From: an uncultured Gemmatimonadaceae bacterium
GTDB taxonomy: Bacteria; Gemmatimonadota; Gemmatimonadetes; Longimicrobiales; RSA9
Reading direction: 5' to 3'
Length of the DNA stretch: 64,000 nucleotides
NCBI GenBank assembly: GCA_964430275.1
Contig: CAYSGF010000027.1
Coordinates: 8,133-72,132, forward strand
Shown here piece after piece: positions 1 to 8,146 of this stretch; positions within the stretch are counted from its first letter, which is position 1, and each line of letters opens with the position of its first letter. The notes under the pieces are model-generated. The model saw nothing but the letters and a program-made list of their open reading frames with translations, was not told where the DNA came from and did not search any database. Made by a program: the position numbers and the translations under genes.

Positions 1-93
1 AGAAGCAGCCGACGCGGTCCCAGTCCTCGTCGTCGTGCGACGCGTTGCCGGCCGGGCGCTCGCGGCGGTCCTGCGGGGGATGCTCGGGCGTCG

Positions 94-363
94 TCAGACC
101 GCGTGGCGCGCCATGTAGTGATACAGGAACGAAAAGAACGAGGCGCCGGCGAGTGCGCCGAGCAGCGCGCCGAAGCGCAGCGGTGTGGGGTCGTGGAAGA
201 TGTACGGAGACGTGCCGAGCATGCCGCCGATGAAGGCGCCGAAGACGCCGAACGTGAACGTCATGAAGGTGGTCGTGCCCTCGGCGCGGTAGAGCGTGCG
301 CACGAGGAACGGCGCAACCAGACCGAACGTGATCCACACGAGAAATCCGGCAACGAACTCCAT
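94..363 (-). CDS. GlsB/YeaQ/YmgE-family (transglycosylase-associated) small membrane stress protein
   Basis: Last 89 codons of track ORF 94..1176. ATG at 363-361 gives MEFVAGFLVWITFGLV...FGAFIGGMLG..., with Gly-rich TM helices typical of this family. The rest of the long ORF is Arg/Ala junk antisense to the MFS gene. Confidence 0.75.
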   Translation of the reverse strand: MEFVAGFLVWITFGLVAPFLVRTLYRAEGTTTFMTFTFGVFGAFIGGMLGTSPYIFHDPTPLRFGALLGALAGASFFSFLYHYMARHAV

Positions 364-443
364 ATCGACCTCCGCCAGTGGCGTATGCGGGCGGGCGCAC
401 GTTATGGCGGCGCCCGGTGCGTCGCAAGTGGCCGCCACGGGCC

Positions 444-1670
444 TCACTCGGCAGCGCCGGGCGTGCCGACGGGCTCCTCGTTCATCCTGACCGGGGCCGC
501 CGGCCGCTCGACACCGGCGCGCGGGATGCGCAGCGCGAGCAGAAAGGCGACGCCGACCACGGTGGCCCCCACGACGAACGGGCTGCGGATGCCGACCTGC
601 TGGAAGAGCCAGCCGGCCCAGAGCGGACCGAGGACGCGGCCAGTGCCGCCCACGACCTGGCTGCCGCCGAGCACAGAGCCCTGCGAGCCGGCGTCCGTGG
701 CACGAGAGACCAGGCTGGCCAGGGCGGGAAAGAGTGTGCCGGCGCCGAATGCATAGAGCGGCGCGACCGGCCAGAGCCAGGCCGCGCTCGGCACCAGCGG
801 CAGAGCGACGAGCGCCGCCAGCAGACCGATCACGCCGACCCGCACCGTCACCGGCTCGCCGAAACGCCTGACGAGCCAGCCCAGCAGCACCCCGCGCACG
901 AGCACCGTGGTCGCACCGGACAGCGTGAAGAGGAGCCCGACGTCGCTCGCATCCAGCCCGAAGCGCGCATCGGCATACAGCGCGAGCAGTGCCGTGATCG
1001 TCGTGAACGACGAGATGCTCAGGAAATAGACCGGGAACAGGAGCGAGAGCGGATAGCGCGTCATCGTGTGCAGCCAGCCCCGCAGCGTTGCAGCCTGCGA
1101 GCTGCGCAGGTCCCGCTGTGCGCGCGGCCGGGATTCCGGCAGCAGCACGATCGCGGCGAAGCCGTTCAGCGTGCACAGGCCCGCGGCGACGAAGCCCGGC
1201 GCCGCCAGCCCGCCCCAGCTGCTGACGAAGCCGCCCAGTGCGGGACCGAGCATGACGCCGAGCCCCGACGCGGCACCGAGCAGGCCGAGACCGTGCGCGC
1301 GCTTCTCCCCCGTGGTCGTGTCCGCGATGTACGCCTGCGCTACGGAGACCGTGCCCCCGGCCGCACCCGCGGCCATCCGCGAGAGCAGCAGCACTCCGAT
1401 GGATTCCGCCAGCCCGAAGATCAGGTAGGAGAACGCGGACGCGAACAGCCCGGCAATGATCAACGGACGGCGGCCACGCCGGTCCGATACACGCCCCCAG
1501 AGCGGCGCCGCCGCCAGCTGCATCGCGGAGAAGGACGCGATGATCAGCGTCACCTGCAACGGTGTCGCGCTCAGCTCCGTGGCATAGAACGGCAGGACGG
1601 GCATCACGATGCCGAACCCCAGCATGTCGATCAGCACCGCCGCGAACAGCACCCCCTCCGACTTCCTCAT
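444..1670 (-). CDS. MFS transporter (DHA1/TetA-like)
   Basis: Track ORF 444..1715. Multi-TM sequence with the MFS loop motif GRVSDRRGRRP. Start moved to ATG 1670-1668, which has GGAGG 5 nt upstream. Confidence 0.85.
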   Translation of the reverse strand: MRKSEGVLFAAVLIDMLGFGIVMPVLPFYATELSATPLQVTLIIASFSAMQLAAAPLWGRVSDRRGRRPLIIAGLFASAFSYLIFGLAESIGVLLLSRMAAGAAGGTVSVAQAYIADTTTGEKRAHGLGLLGAASGLGVMLGPALGGFVSSWGGLAAPGFVAAGLCTLNGFAAIVLLPESRPRAQRDLRSSQAATLRGWLHTMTRYPLSLLFPVYFLSISSFTTITALLALYADARFGLDASDVGLLFTLSGATTVLVRGVLLGWLVRRFGEPVTVRVGVIGLLAALVALPLVPSAAWLWPVAPLYAFGAGTLFPALASLVSRATDAGSQGSVLGGSQVVGGTGRVLGPLWAGWLFQQVGIRSPFVVGATVVGVAFLLALRIPRAGVERPAAPVRMNEEPVGTPGAAE

Positions 1671-1820
1671 CCGCCTCCGGCCGACAGTGAGTGCAGATTC
1701 CCCGTTTCGGCGCAAGCTAACGGCGACCGGTAGGACCGGCCACGCGGATTGGCCGATTCTGCCATGGGCCTGCCGTCACCCGCGCGACATCTTTGCCTGA
1801 CCTGGTGAACGGAGGAAACG

Positions 1821-2666
1821 ATGAACGACGATCCGCGCCCACCCGAACGCCGCCGCGGCGAAGAGCCGGAACGGCCGCCCCGCCGCCGGCGCCGCCCACG
1901 CGAGCTGTGGGAAACCGAAACCGAGCCGTTCCCCGGTGCGCTCGCACTCTGGGACCTCGAGGATGCTCCCGCCGACGACGCCGCCACCGTCCTCGCGCGC
2001 TTCTCGGTGCTGCGCTGTCTCGCGGCGGTCACGGCCGGCCGCCGGGCGGCGGGCCGGCACGCCCGGCGCGCCGCGAAGGGATACCTGGATGTCACGCCGG
2101 AGGCGGCCGCCCGTCCGCTGCGCCGGCTGCTCGGCCGCCGTCGCGCGGCGCCGGCGCCACTGTACCGCGCGCTCGTGGACGCTGGACTTCAGGCCGCGGA
2201 GCGGGGGCACGCGGGCGGGGCGTACGCACTGCTCCGCTGGGCGTACGAGGTGGCGATGGTCGCGGGAAAGTCCAGGCCGGCAGCACGCGTTGCCGCATGC
2301 ATGACGCGCCTCGCCGCGGAGGACGACGCGCCGTACTCCGCCCGACGATGGACCGTCCGCGTCCATGCACTCGTCGGCGACGACGGCGTACCCGGACCGC
2401 TGGTCCGGTCCTACGTTGCAGGCATGAAGCCGAACGAAGAAGCGAAGGGCGGCGGGTACGATGCTGACGCGCGCCGCCGCCTGGCGGCGTCGATTGCCGC
2501 CGGCACACCCGCGATGTGTCCGGTGTGCAATGCCCCGGTCAGCATGACGGAGGTAAGGCCGCCAGAGGGTGTGTCCTACGTACGCCGCCGCGTCTGGGTG
2601 CTGTGCACGGGGTGCCGGCGCACGGCAGCGCTGGACGACCCCGGCCGGGCAGGCGGCGGCGTCTAG
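1821..2666 (+). CDS. hypothetical protein, Arg-rich N-terminus, C-terminal zinc-ribbon-like CPVC...CTGC
   Basis: ATG 1821 preceded by GGAGG at 1811-1815. No family recognised. C-terminus carries CxxC-x27-CxxC. Confidence 0.6.
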   Translation: MNDDPRPPERRRGEEPERPPRRRRRPRELWETETEPFPGALALWDLEDAPADDAATVLARFSVLRCLAAVTAGRRAAGRHARRAAKGYLDVTPEAAARPLRRLLGRRRAAPAPLYRALVDAGLQAAERGHAGGAYALLRWAYEVAMVAGKSRPAARVAACMTRLAAEDDAPYSARRWTVRVHALVGDDGVPGPLVRSYVAGMKPNEEAKGGGYDADARRRLAASIAAGTPAMCPVCNAPVSMTEVRPPEGVSYVRRRVWVLCTGCRRTAALDDPGRAGGGV

Positions 2667-3580
2667 GGCTGCTGCGGGCGCGCGACCATGATGCCGTCCT
2701 GCCCGTCGATGCCCACGATCCGTTCGGCCAGCGGCAGCTCGCTGATCTCCACGCTGCGGCCGACCAGCGGCGCGTGCATGAGGTGCAGCCGTCCGTCCAC
2801 CCAGAGCGCGAAGCCGGTGTGCGCGATGTCGAGGCCGGGCTGCGTGCTGGTGGCGGCAATGACGTCGCCGGAACGGATCTGATCGGCAATGCCTCCGATC
2901 CGATCCTCCGGGATATAGAAGCGCGGCACTTCCGTCAGGTCCCCTTCCCGCTCGCGGATCGCCGCCAGGTTCACCGAGTCGGCGAGCTGCCGGTACGCGT
3001 CGACGTGCGACGTCATGAAGTCGATGCCGGTGCTGTCCTGCACGCCGCCGAGTGCACGCGTAAGGTTCTCGACCACCCCCTTCTCCGCGTTGTCCGAGAT
3101 CCACTCACTGAAGTAGTGCAGGCGGCTGGGGTAGCCGGCGAGCTCGCCATCGCGGTAGCGGATGCGCCGGAGCTGGTTCTTGAACTCGGCGTACGTCGGG
3201 TCCTCTCCGAGCGCCGTGCGCGCCAGCGCGAGCATGTGCTCGACGTAGGTGACGCAGTCGAACTCGCGCAGGTTCACCACCAGCTGCTCCGTCTGCGGCA
3301 CCTCGAGGAGCCCCGGCGTATAGGGCGCACCGACGAACTCGCGCGCGATCTCGGCAGTGAGCGTACCGATCGCGAGCGTATCCAGCCGCTCCTGCGCTAC
3401 CCGTGTCATCGTGCGCTCGAAGATGAGCGAGTCCTCCGGTGTGTCGCTGACCGGCTGCGGCGCCGCATCGTCAGGCTGTTCCTGTGCCGGCGGCGCGGCC
3501 TGGTCGTCGGTATCGGCGGGCGCGCAGGCGGCACCCAGGAGCAGAGCGATGGCGAGCAGCGAGCTGGTGACACGGTTCAT
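2663..3580 (-). CDS. DUF1460-like lipoprotein (amidase-like fold family)
   Basis: AGGAG upstream of ATG 3580. Lipoprotein signal LLLGAAC. The body (FDCVTYVEHMLALA ... HTGF ... HLMHA) matches my recollection of DUF1460. Confidence 0.75.
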   Translation of the reverse strand: MNRVTSSLLAIALLLGAACAPADTDDQAAPPAQEQPDDAAPQPVSDTPEDSLIFERTMTRVAQERLDTLAIGTLTAEIAREFVGAPYTPGLLEVPQTEQLVVNLREFDCVTYVEHMLALARTALGEDPTYAEFKNQLRRIRYRDGELAGYPSRLHYFSEWISDNAEKGVVENLTRALGGVQDSTGIDFMTSHVDAYRQLADSVNLAAIREREGDLTEVPRFYIPEDRIGGIADQIRSGDVIAATSTQPGLDIAHTGFALWVDGRLHLMHAPLVGRSVEISELPLAERIVGIDGQDGIMVARPQQP

Positions 3581-3756
3581 TTTCGAACTCCTGTCGAATC
3601 AGCATACGACCGGCGAAACCGGCCGCACGCATGGCAGTCGAATCCGTCGAAACGGCAAGGATAGCGGGCACACGCGATGCGGTGACGCACGCCGCGCGCC
3701 GCTGTACGGATGCGGCGCTCGTGAGAGAGGAACCAGGTAGACCACAGGAGGACACC

Positions 3757-4230
3757 ATGCTGCCAACGACGAGGCGTGCCAACGGGGGCTGGGGGATGAG
3801 CGACGTGCACAGTCTCCGCCGCGACATGCAGGACCTGATGGACACGTTCGGGCTCAGCCGCCCGCCGGAAGGAACCCTCGTCTGGTCGCCGCCGATCAAC
3901 GTGCGTGAGGATGGCGACCAGGTGATCGTGGAGGCGGAGCTGCCCGGCGTTCGACCCGATGACGTGGACATCAGCGTGGAGAACGGGATGCTGACGATCA
4001 CGGGCGAGAAGCGCGCGGAGCAGGAGAAGAAGGACGCGAGCTGGCACGTGGTCGAGCGCCGGTACGGGCGCTTCGAGCGGACCTTCACGCTCGGGCGGGC
4101 AGTCGACGTCGACAACATCCGCGCCGGCTTCCACGATGGTGTGCTGACGATCCGCATGCCGAAGCGGGAGGAGGCCAGGCCGCGGCGGATCCGTGTCGAT
4201 GCGGGCCAGGATGCGGGCAGGAACGGCTGA
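3757..4230 (+). CDS. Hsp20/alpha-crystallin family small heat-shock protein
   Basis: Alpha-crystallin domain (VREDGDQVIVEAELPGVRPDDVDISVENGMLTITGEKR ... GVLTIRMPK). Start set to ATG 3757, with AGGAG at 3746-3750, inside track ORF 3631..4230. Confidence 0.9.
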   Translation: MLPTTRRANGGWGMSDVHSLRRDMQDLMDTFGLSRPPEGTLVWSPPINVREDGDQVIVEAELPGVRPDDVDISVENGMLTITGEKRAEQEKKDASWHVVERRYGRFERTFTLGRAVDVDNIRAGFHDGVLTIRMPKREEARPRRIRVDAGQDAGRNG

Positions 4231-4274
4231 CGTCCGGGCGTGCCGGTGACCAGCACCGGCGGCTGTCGATGTTC

Positions 4275-4310
4275 GGGCGGGTGAGTCGCGACGCGGCTCA
4301 CCCGCCCTTT
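4275..4310. terminator. GC-rich hairpin between convergent genes (probable bidirectional terminator)
   Basis: Stem GGGCGGGTGAG (4275-4285) pairs with CTCACCCGCCC (4297-4307), followed by TTT. It touches the stop codon of the minus-strand cytochrome gene. Confidence 0.6.
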
Positions 4311-4780
4311 CATGCGCCATCCGGCGCCGACTGCTGCAGTGCCTCGGGCCGCAGCAGTGCGTCGATGTAGTACGCCACGGCGTCGATCTCCCTGAGACTC
4401 AGTCCCGCCACGCCCCAGGTCGGCATGCCTCGCGGGTGGCCGACAAAGATGCGACGGCGTATCGCGTCGAGGTCGCCGGCATGCGGCCAGTCCGGCTCGA
4501 CGAGCGACGGTACGTCGATCTGCTCGCCACGCACCTCCGCCGGACCTCCCCGCCCCAGGTATCCGTGGCAGCGACGGCAGCGTGCGGCGAACAGGTCGTT
4601 GCCGGCCGCCAGCCGCACGCTGTCTCCGTTCCAGGCGATGGTATCGAACATCGCCGGGTCGAACATCGAGTCCGCTTCCGCGACCTGCGCGGCGCGCGAC
4701 GGCGGCTCGAACTCGTGCGACTCGCACGCCGCCAGCGTCGCGGCGAAGAGCATCAGGGTGGGCGCGGCGGCAGGTCTCAT
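4310..4780 (-). CDS. monohaem c-type cytochrome, lipoprotein
   Basis: Single CRRCH motif and a downstream GMPTWG Met-ligand-like motif. Lipobox TLAAC. ATG overlaps the upstream stop (ATGA at 4777-4780). Confidence 0.8.
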   Translation of the reverse strand: MRPAAAPTLMLFAATLAACESHEFEPPSRAAQVAEADSMFDPAMFDTIAWNGDSVRLAAGNDLFAARCRRCHGYLGRGGPAEVRGEQIDVPSLVEPDWPHAGDLDAIRRRIFVGHPRGMPTWGVAGLSLREIDAVAYYIDALLRPEALQQSAPDGA

Positions 4781-5178
4781 GGATGGCCGGGAGGCAGACT
4801 GTCGCCCGCAGGGCTTTCCTCCGGATGGATCAGCGAGGCGCCCGGCGAGATCTCCTGCGTTCGCCGCATTGCGGACTCGGCAGCCTCGAGGTTGCCCAGC
4901 TGCCGCTCGACCATGTAGACGCCGAACCAGACGGCGGGCTCATCCGGTCCGGCTTCGCTCGCCGCATAGTAGTGCCGGCGCGCGCGCTCATAATCCTGCG
5001 CGCGAAATGCCGCATTGCCGCTGTCGAGCTGCGCCTGCACGACGGCCGGCAGCGCACGCGCTTCGACCCAGCTCGTCGAATCGATCGAGCCGGTCGCCTG
5101 GTCATCCGGCGGCCCGTCAGGGCCGCACGCCGCGACGACACCAATCGTCAGCACTGCGATTACCTGCCTGCCCGTCAT
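4777..5178 (-). CDS. TPR-repeat lipoprotein
   Basis: Lipobox VVAAC. Two TPR-like units (GNAAFRAQDYERARRHYYAA..., VYMVERQLGNLEAAESAMRR). ATGA overlaps at both ends (5175-5178 and 4777-4780). Confidence 0.7.
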   Translation of the reverse strand: MTGRQVIAVLTIGVVAACGPDGPPDDQATGSIDSTSWVEARALPAVVQAQLDSGNAAFRAQDYERARRHYYAASEAGPDEPAVWFGVYMVERQLGNLEAAESAMRRTQEISPGASLIHPEESPAGDSLPPGHP

Positions 5179-6686
5179 AGGCTTCCTCCGTCCAGCGGAT
5201 CACCAAGATGGCAGACCTGGCAGATCGCGGCATTGCGCGCCTGTGCGCGCGCCGGATCGAAGCCCGGCCCGTGGGGACTGACCTTGAATGCGCCCAGCAC
5301 CGAGTGGCACTGCATGCACTCGTTCTGCTGGTGACAGCTCGCGCAGCTCTCGAGTCCCTGGCGTGCGGCCTGTCCGTGCCGCAGCAGCCAGAGCGGCTCC
5401 GCATCGTGGAAGCCGGGGCCGAGTCGGCCCGCCACGCGGGCAGAGCTCATGCCCGAGGTCTCGTGGCAGTCGGCGCAGAAGGCACGGCTGTCGTGACAGT
5501 TCGAGCATTCGAGCCGGCGGCCGTACGCCTCTGCCGAGTGACGTGCCAGGTAGTTGGGTGGATGGAATGCACCCGGCCGCAGCGTACGCGACGTGTCGCT
5601 CGCCAGCCCGCCTGCCACCAGCGCCGGTGCACCGGTCGCCGCCGCGTCATGGCACTCTACGCACATCGTGCGGGTGTGGCAGGCCAAGCACGATGCGCCG
5701 CCGGTGGCGGCGACATTGCCGTGATCGAGCGCGAAGAGCGGCGCCTCGTGCGAGGGCGGCCGCTGGCGCTCCACGCCAACGCCGGGTGCGCGCACGTCGC
5801 GCCGCGGCGGCAGCCCGGCAACCGCGTCCGGTTGCGGTGGCACATGACACGACAGGCAGTCCTCCCGTGTGTGACACCGGCTGCAGCGCGCGATGCTTGC
5901 ATTCGCGCCGTGATCCTCGAGGAAGCCCGGCCGCTCGTGTGAGGGGGGAATCGGATAGTGCGCCGCGAAGCGTGGCAGCTCGCGCGCTACGACACCCTGT
6001 GCCGCCGGCATGGCCTGGATCGCCGCGACCTGCGCCGCATCCACGTGGCAGTCGGCGCAGCGCTCACGGGTGTGACACGTCGCACAGCGCGCGAGGTCGG
6101 CCTCCGCCAGCTCCCCATGCAGGTCGCGGATGAACTCGCCGCTCTCGTGGTCCGCCGGATAGGGCAATCCCACGATGCCCGCGCGCTCGAACGGCGCGTC
6201 CGCGAGCGGCATGTGACATGTCTCGCAGTCCGCGTCCACGAAATGGCTCGCGGCCTCGTGCGCGTGGCATTCCAGGCACTGCGGCACGATCGGCTCCTCC
6301 GCTACCGCCATGCGCGGCGCGCCGTCGGGCGTGTGACAGGTCGTGCAGTCGATCGTGACCCCGTCGCGCTCGCCCATCGGGTGGCGCGGATGCTCGAAGA
6401 CGACGTTGTCGGGGTCCTCGATCGGCGCCTCCCATGCGACCCGCTCCTGCTCCACACCGTCGTGGCAGCCGGTACATGTCTCCGCGGGCGGATAGAACCG
6501 GCTGCGATCGCCGGCAGGAACGCCCTCGTGGCAACCTTCGCACAGCGGGAAGAGCCCCGCGTGCTCCTCGTGCGGGAAGTCCTGCTGCCGCTGCGCGACC
6601 ACGGTGAGCGCGATCGCGCTCAGTGCTGCGACGACGGCTGCAGCGGCAAACACCGCAGGCCCCTGGAAGCGCGTGAGCGAGCTCAC
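5175..6686 (-). CDS. multihaem c-type cytochrome, 16 CxxCH motifs
   Basis: I counted 16 CxxCH in the 503-aa translation. N-terminal hydrophobic signal/anchor. GTG start overlaps the upstream stop (GTGA at 6683-6686). Confidence 0.9.
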   Translation of the reverse strand: MSSLTRFQGPAVFAAAAVVAALSAIALTVVAQRQQDFPHEEHAGLFPLCEGCHEGVPAGDRSRFYPPAETCTGCHDGVEQERVAWEAPIEDPDNVVFEHPRHPMGERDGVTIDCTTCHTPDGAPRMAVAEEPIVPQCLECHAHEAASHFVDADCETCHMPLADAPFERAGIVGLPYPADHESGEFIRDLHGELAEADLARCATCHTRERCADCHVDAAQVAAIQAMPAAQGVVARELPRFAAHYPIPPSHERPGFLEDHGANASIARCSRCHTREDCLSCHVPPQPDAVAGLPPRRDVRAPGVGVERQRPPSHEAPLFALDHGNVAATGGASCLACHTRTMCVECHDAAATGAPALVAGGLASDTSRTLRPGAFHPPNYLARHSAEAYGRRLECSNCHDSRAFCADCHETSGMSSARVAGRLGPGFHDAEPLWLLRHGQAARQGLESCASCHQQNECMQCHSVLGAFKVSPHGPGFDPARAQARNAAICQVCHLGDPLDGGSL

Positions 6687-8146
6687 GGTGTGGCTCCACC
6701 GGCCAGCCCCGGATCACGGCCGAAGCCCAGACGCAGAGAGGCAAACGCACGCACCTGGTTCCAGTCCGTGTCGCCGGCGCGATTGTCCCAGCTCTGCCGG
6801 TACACGTGAGCGCCGCCGCTCAGGCGCGCATACGTCGTCACATCGAGATCGACCGCTGCGCCGCCACCGAGCACGACACCATCGCCGAGCCGGAACTCCT
6901 CGATCTGCTGGAACGCGCTCGCATCGACCGTCACCGCGACGCGTTCGTGCACGCTCCAGCGCGCACTCACGTCGCCCGAGCCGAGGTACGCACCGAATCC
7001 GCGCTCGACACGTGCGGAACCATCGAGCCTGAGCGCTGGTGAAGCCGTCCACGACGCGAGCAGCGTTGCGAACACGGCATCGTCCGGGAGGCGGCGGCCG
7101 ATCGTCGTCGTATGGGTGTCGCCATACCTGCGATAGCCGACGGAGCCGCGCAGCTGCACGGCATCGCGGGTGCGCCACGCCGCGCGTCCTTCGATCTCGT
7201 GATAGGCGACCGGGCTGAAGTATCCCCAGATCGTCCACAGCTCGAAGTACGGCACGTAGCGCGAGCCGACCGCCTCCAGCATGACGCGACCGTCGGCGAG
7301 AGGCACGCCGACGTTCAGATTCGCCTTGCCGATGTGGCCGAAGGCGAAATCATAGTCGAGACCGGCAGCCAGCCGTACCGGTGCGAGTGCGCTCGAGTGG
7401 ATGTCGACCGAGCCGCGCTCCGATACGAGGGCCGAGCGGTCCGTCCAGATCTCACGCTGGTAGCGCGCCGCGACACTCGTGTGCGCCCATGGCTCACCCG
7501 CCACCATTCCGCCGAAGATCAGCGCGTTGCGCTCCGGGAAGAACCGCTCGATGCCGGCGAGCACCTCGTGGCGGGGCTCGTAAACGCCGCGTGCGAGGCT
7601 GCGGCCACCGAACAGCTCGAGCCGAAGTGCGCGCCCGGGCGCGTAGTACACACTCGCACCGTCGAAGCTGTTGAAGCCGAGCCCGCTCGTGCTCAGCAGT
7701 CGTCCGCCCCGTGCGCGCCAGTCCCCACGCACGAACTCCGCATAGGCATGGATCACGTCCAGCGGATCGTCGCTGCGCGGCCAGTCGAAGCAACCGCCGG
7801 CCGTTGCGCGCGCGCGCAACTGCACGGTCGCGCTCAGCCCCTCCACGCCGAGTCCCCATGCGGTCATGCCGACGTCCTGCGTCAACGCGACCGCGCTCTC
7901 CGTGTCCGCCGCGAGGTAACGCACACAATGGCTGTCGGGCGCGCAGCTGATCGGCCGCCCCTCGAAGCGGTACGTGCCATCACCCGCCCGCTCCACGGCG
8001 TCGAAGGCAACAGTGTCATGGCGGAGCGGCCGCAGCTCGAAGTAGCGGGCCGTGGTCAGTGCCGAGCCGCGCACCCCCTGCGCCTGCGCGCCCGACGTGC
8101 CCATGAGCATCAGCGCAGCAGCGGCCAGGAGGCGCGGCGCATTCAC
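6683..8146 (-). CDS. predicted outer-membrane beta-barrel protein (porin-like partner of the cytochromes)
   Basis: Start set to GTG 8146-8144, which overlaps the upstream TGA (GTGA). This gives the signal peptide VNAPRLLAAAALMLMGTSGAQAQ. The rest is alternating amphipathic strands rich in Y/W/R/G, with an LRLGF motif near the C-terminus. No haem motifs. Confidence 0.7.
   Translation of the reverse strand: MNAPRLLAAAALMLMGTSGAQAQGVRGSALTTARYFELRPLRHDTVAFDAVERAGDGTYRFEGRPISCAPDSHCVRYLAADTESAVALTQDVGMTAWGLGVEGLSATVQLRARATAGGCFDWPRSDDPLDVIHAYAEFVRGDWRARGGRLLSTSGLGFNSFDGASVYYAPGRALRLELFGGRSLARGVYEPRHEVLAGIERFFPERNALIFGGMVAGEPWAHTSVAARYQREIWTDRSALVSERGSVDIHSSALAPVRLAAGLDYDFAFGHIGKANLNVGVPLADGRVMLEAVGSRYVPYFELWTIWGYFSPVAYHEIEGRAAWRTRDAVQLRGSVGYRRYGDTHTTTIGRRLPDDAVFATLLASWTASPALRLDGSARVERGFGAYLGSGDVSARWSVHERVAVTVDASAFQQIEEFRLGDGVVLGGGAAVDLDVTTYARLSGGAHVYRQSWDNRAGDTDWNQVRAFASLRLGFGRDPGLAGGATP

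Noticed and set aside
1-93. Possible gene fragment at the left edge
   Set aside because: A minus-strand frame (…TPEHPPQDRRERPAGNASHDDEDWDRVGCF…) has very high third-position GC. However, I found no ATG, GTG or TTG start for it downstream of the GlsB stop. A plus-strand frame ending at TAG 116-118 is also possible. The fragment is too short to decide.
378-1733. 451-aa plus-strand ORF
   Set aside because: It is antisense to a convincing MFS transporter, and its composition (runs of R, E, D, Q, H, P) is not protein-like.
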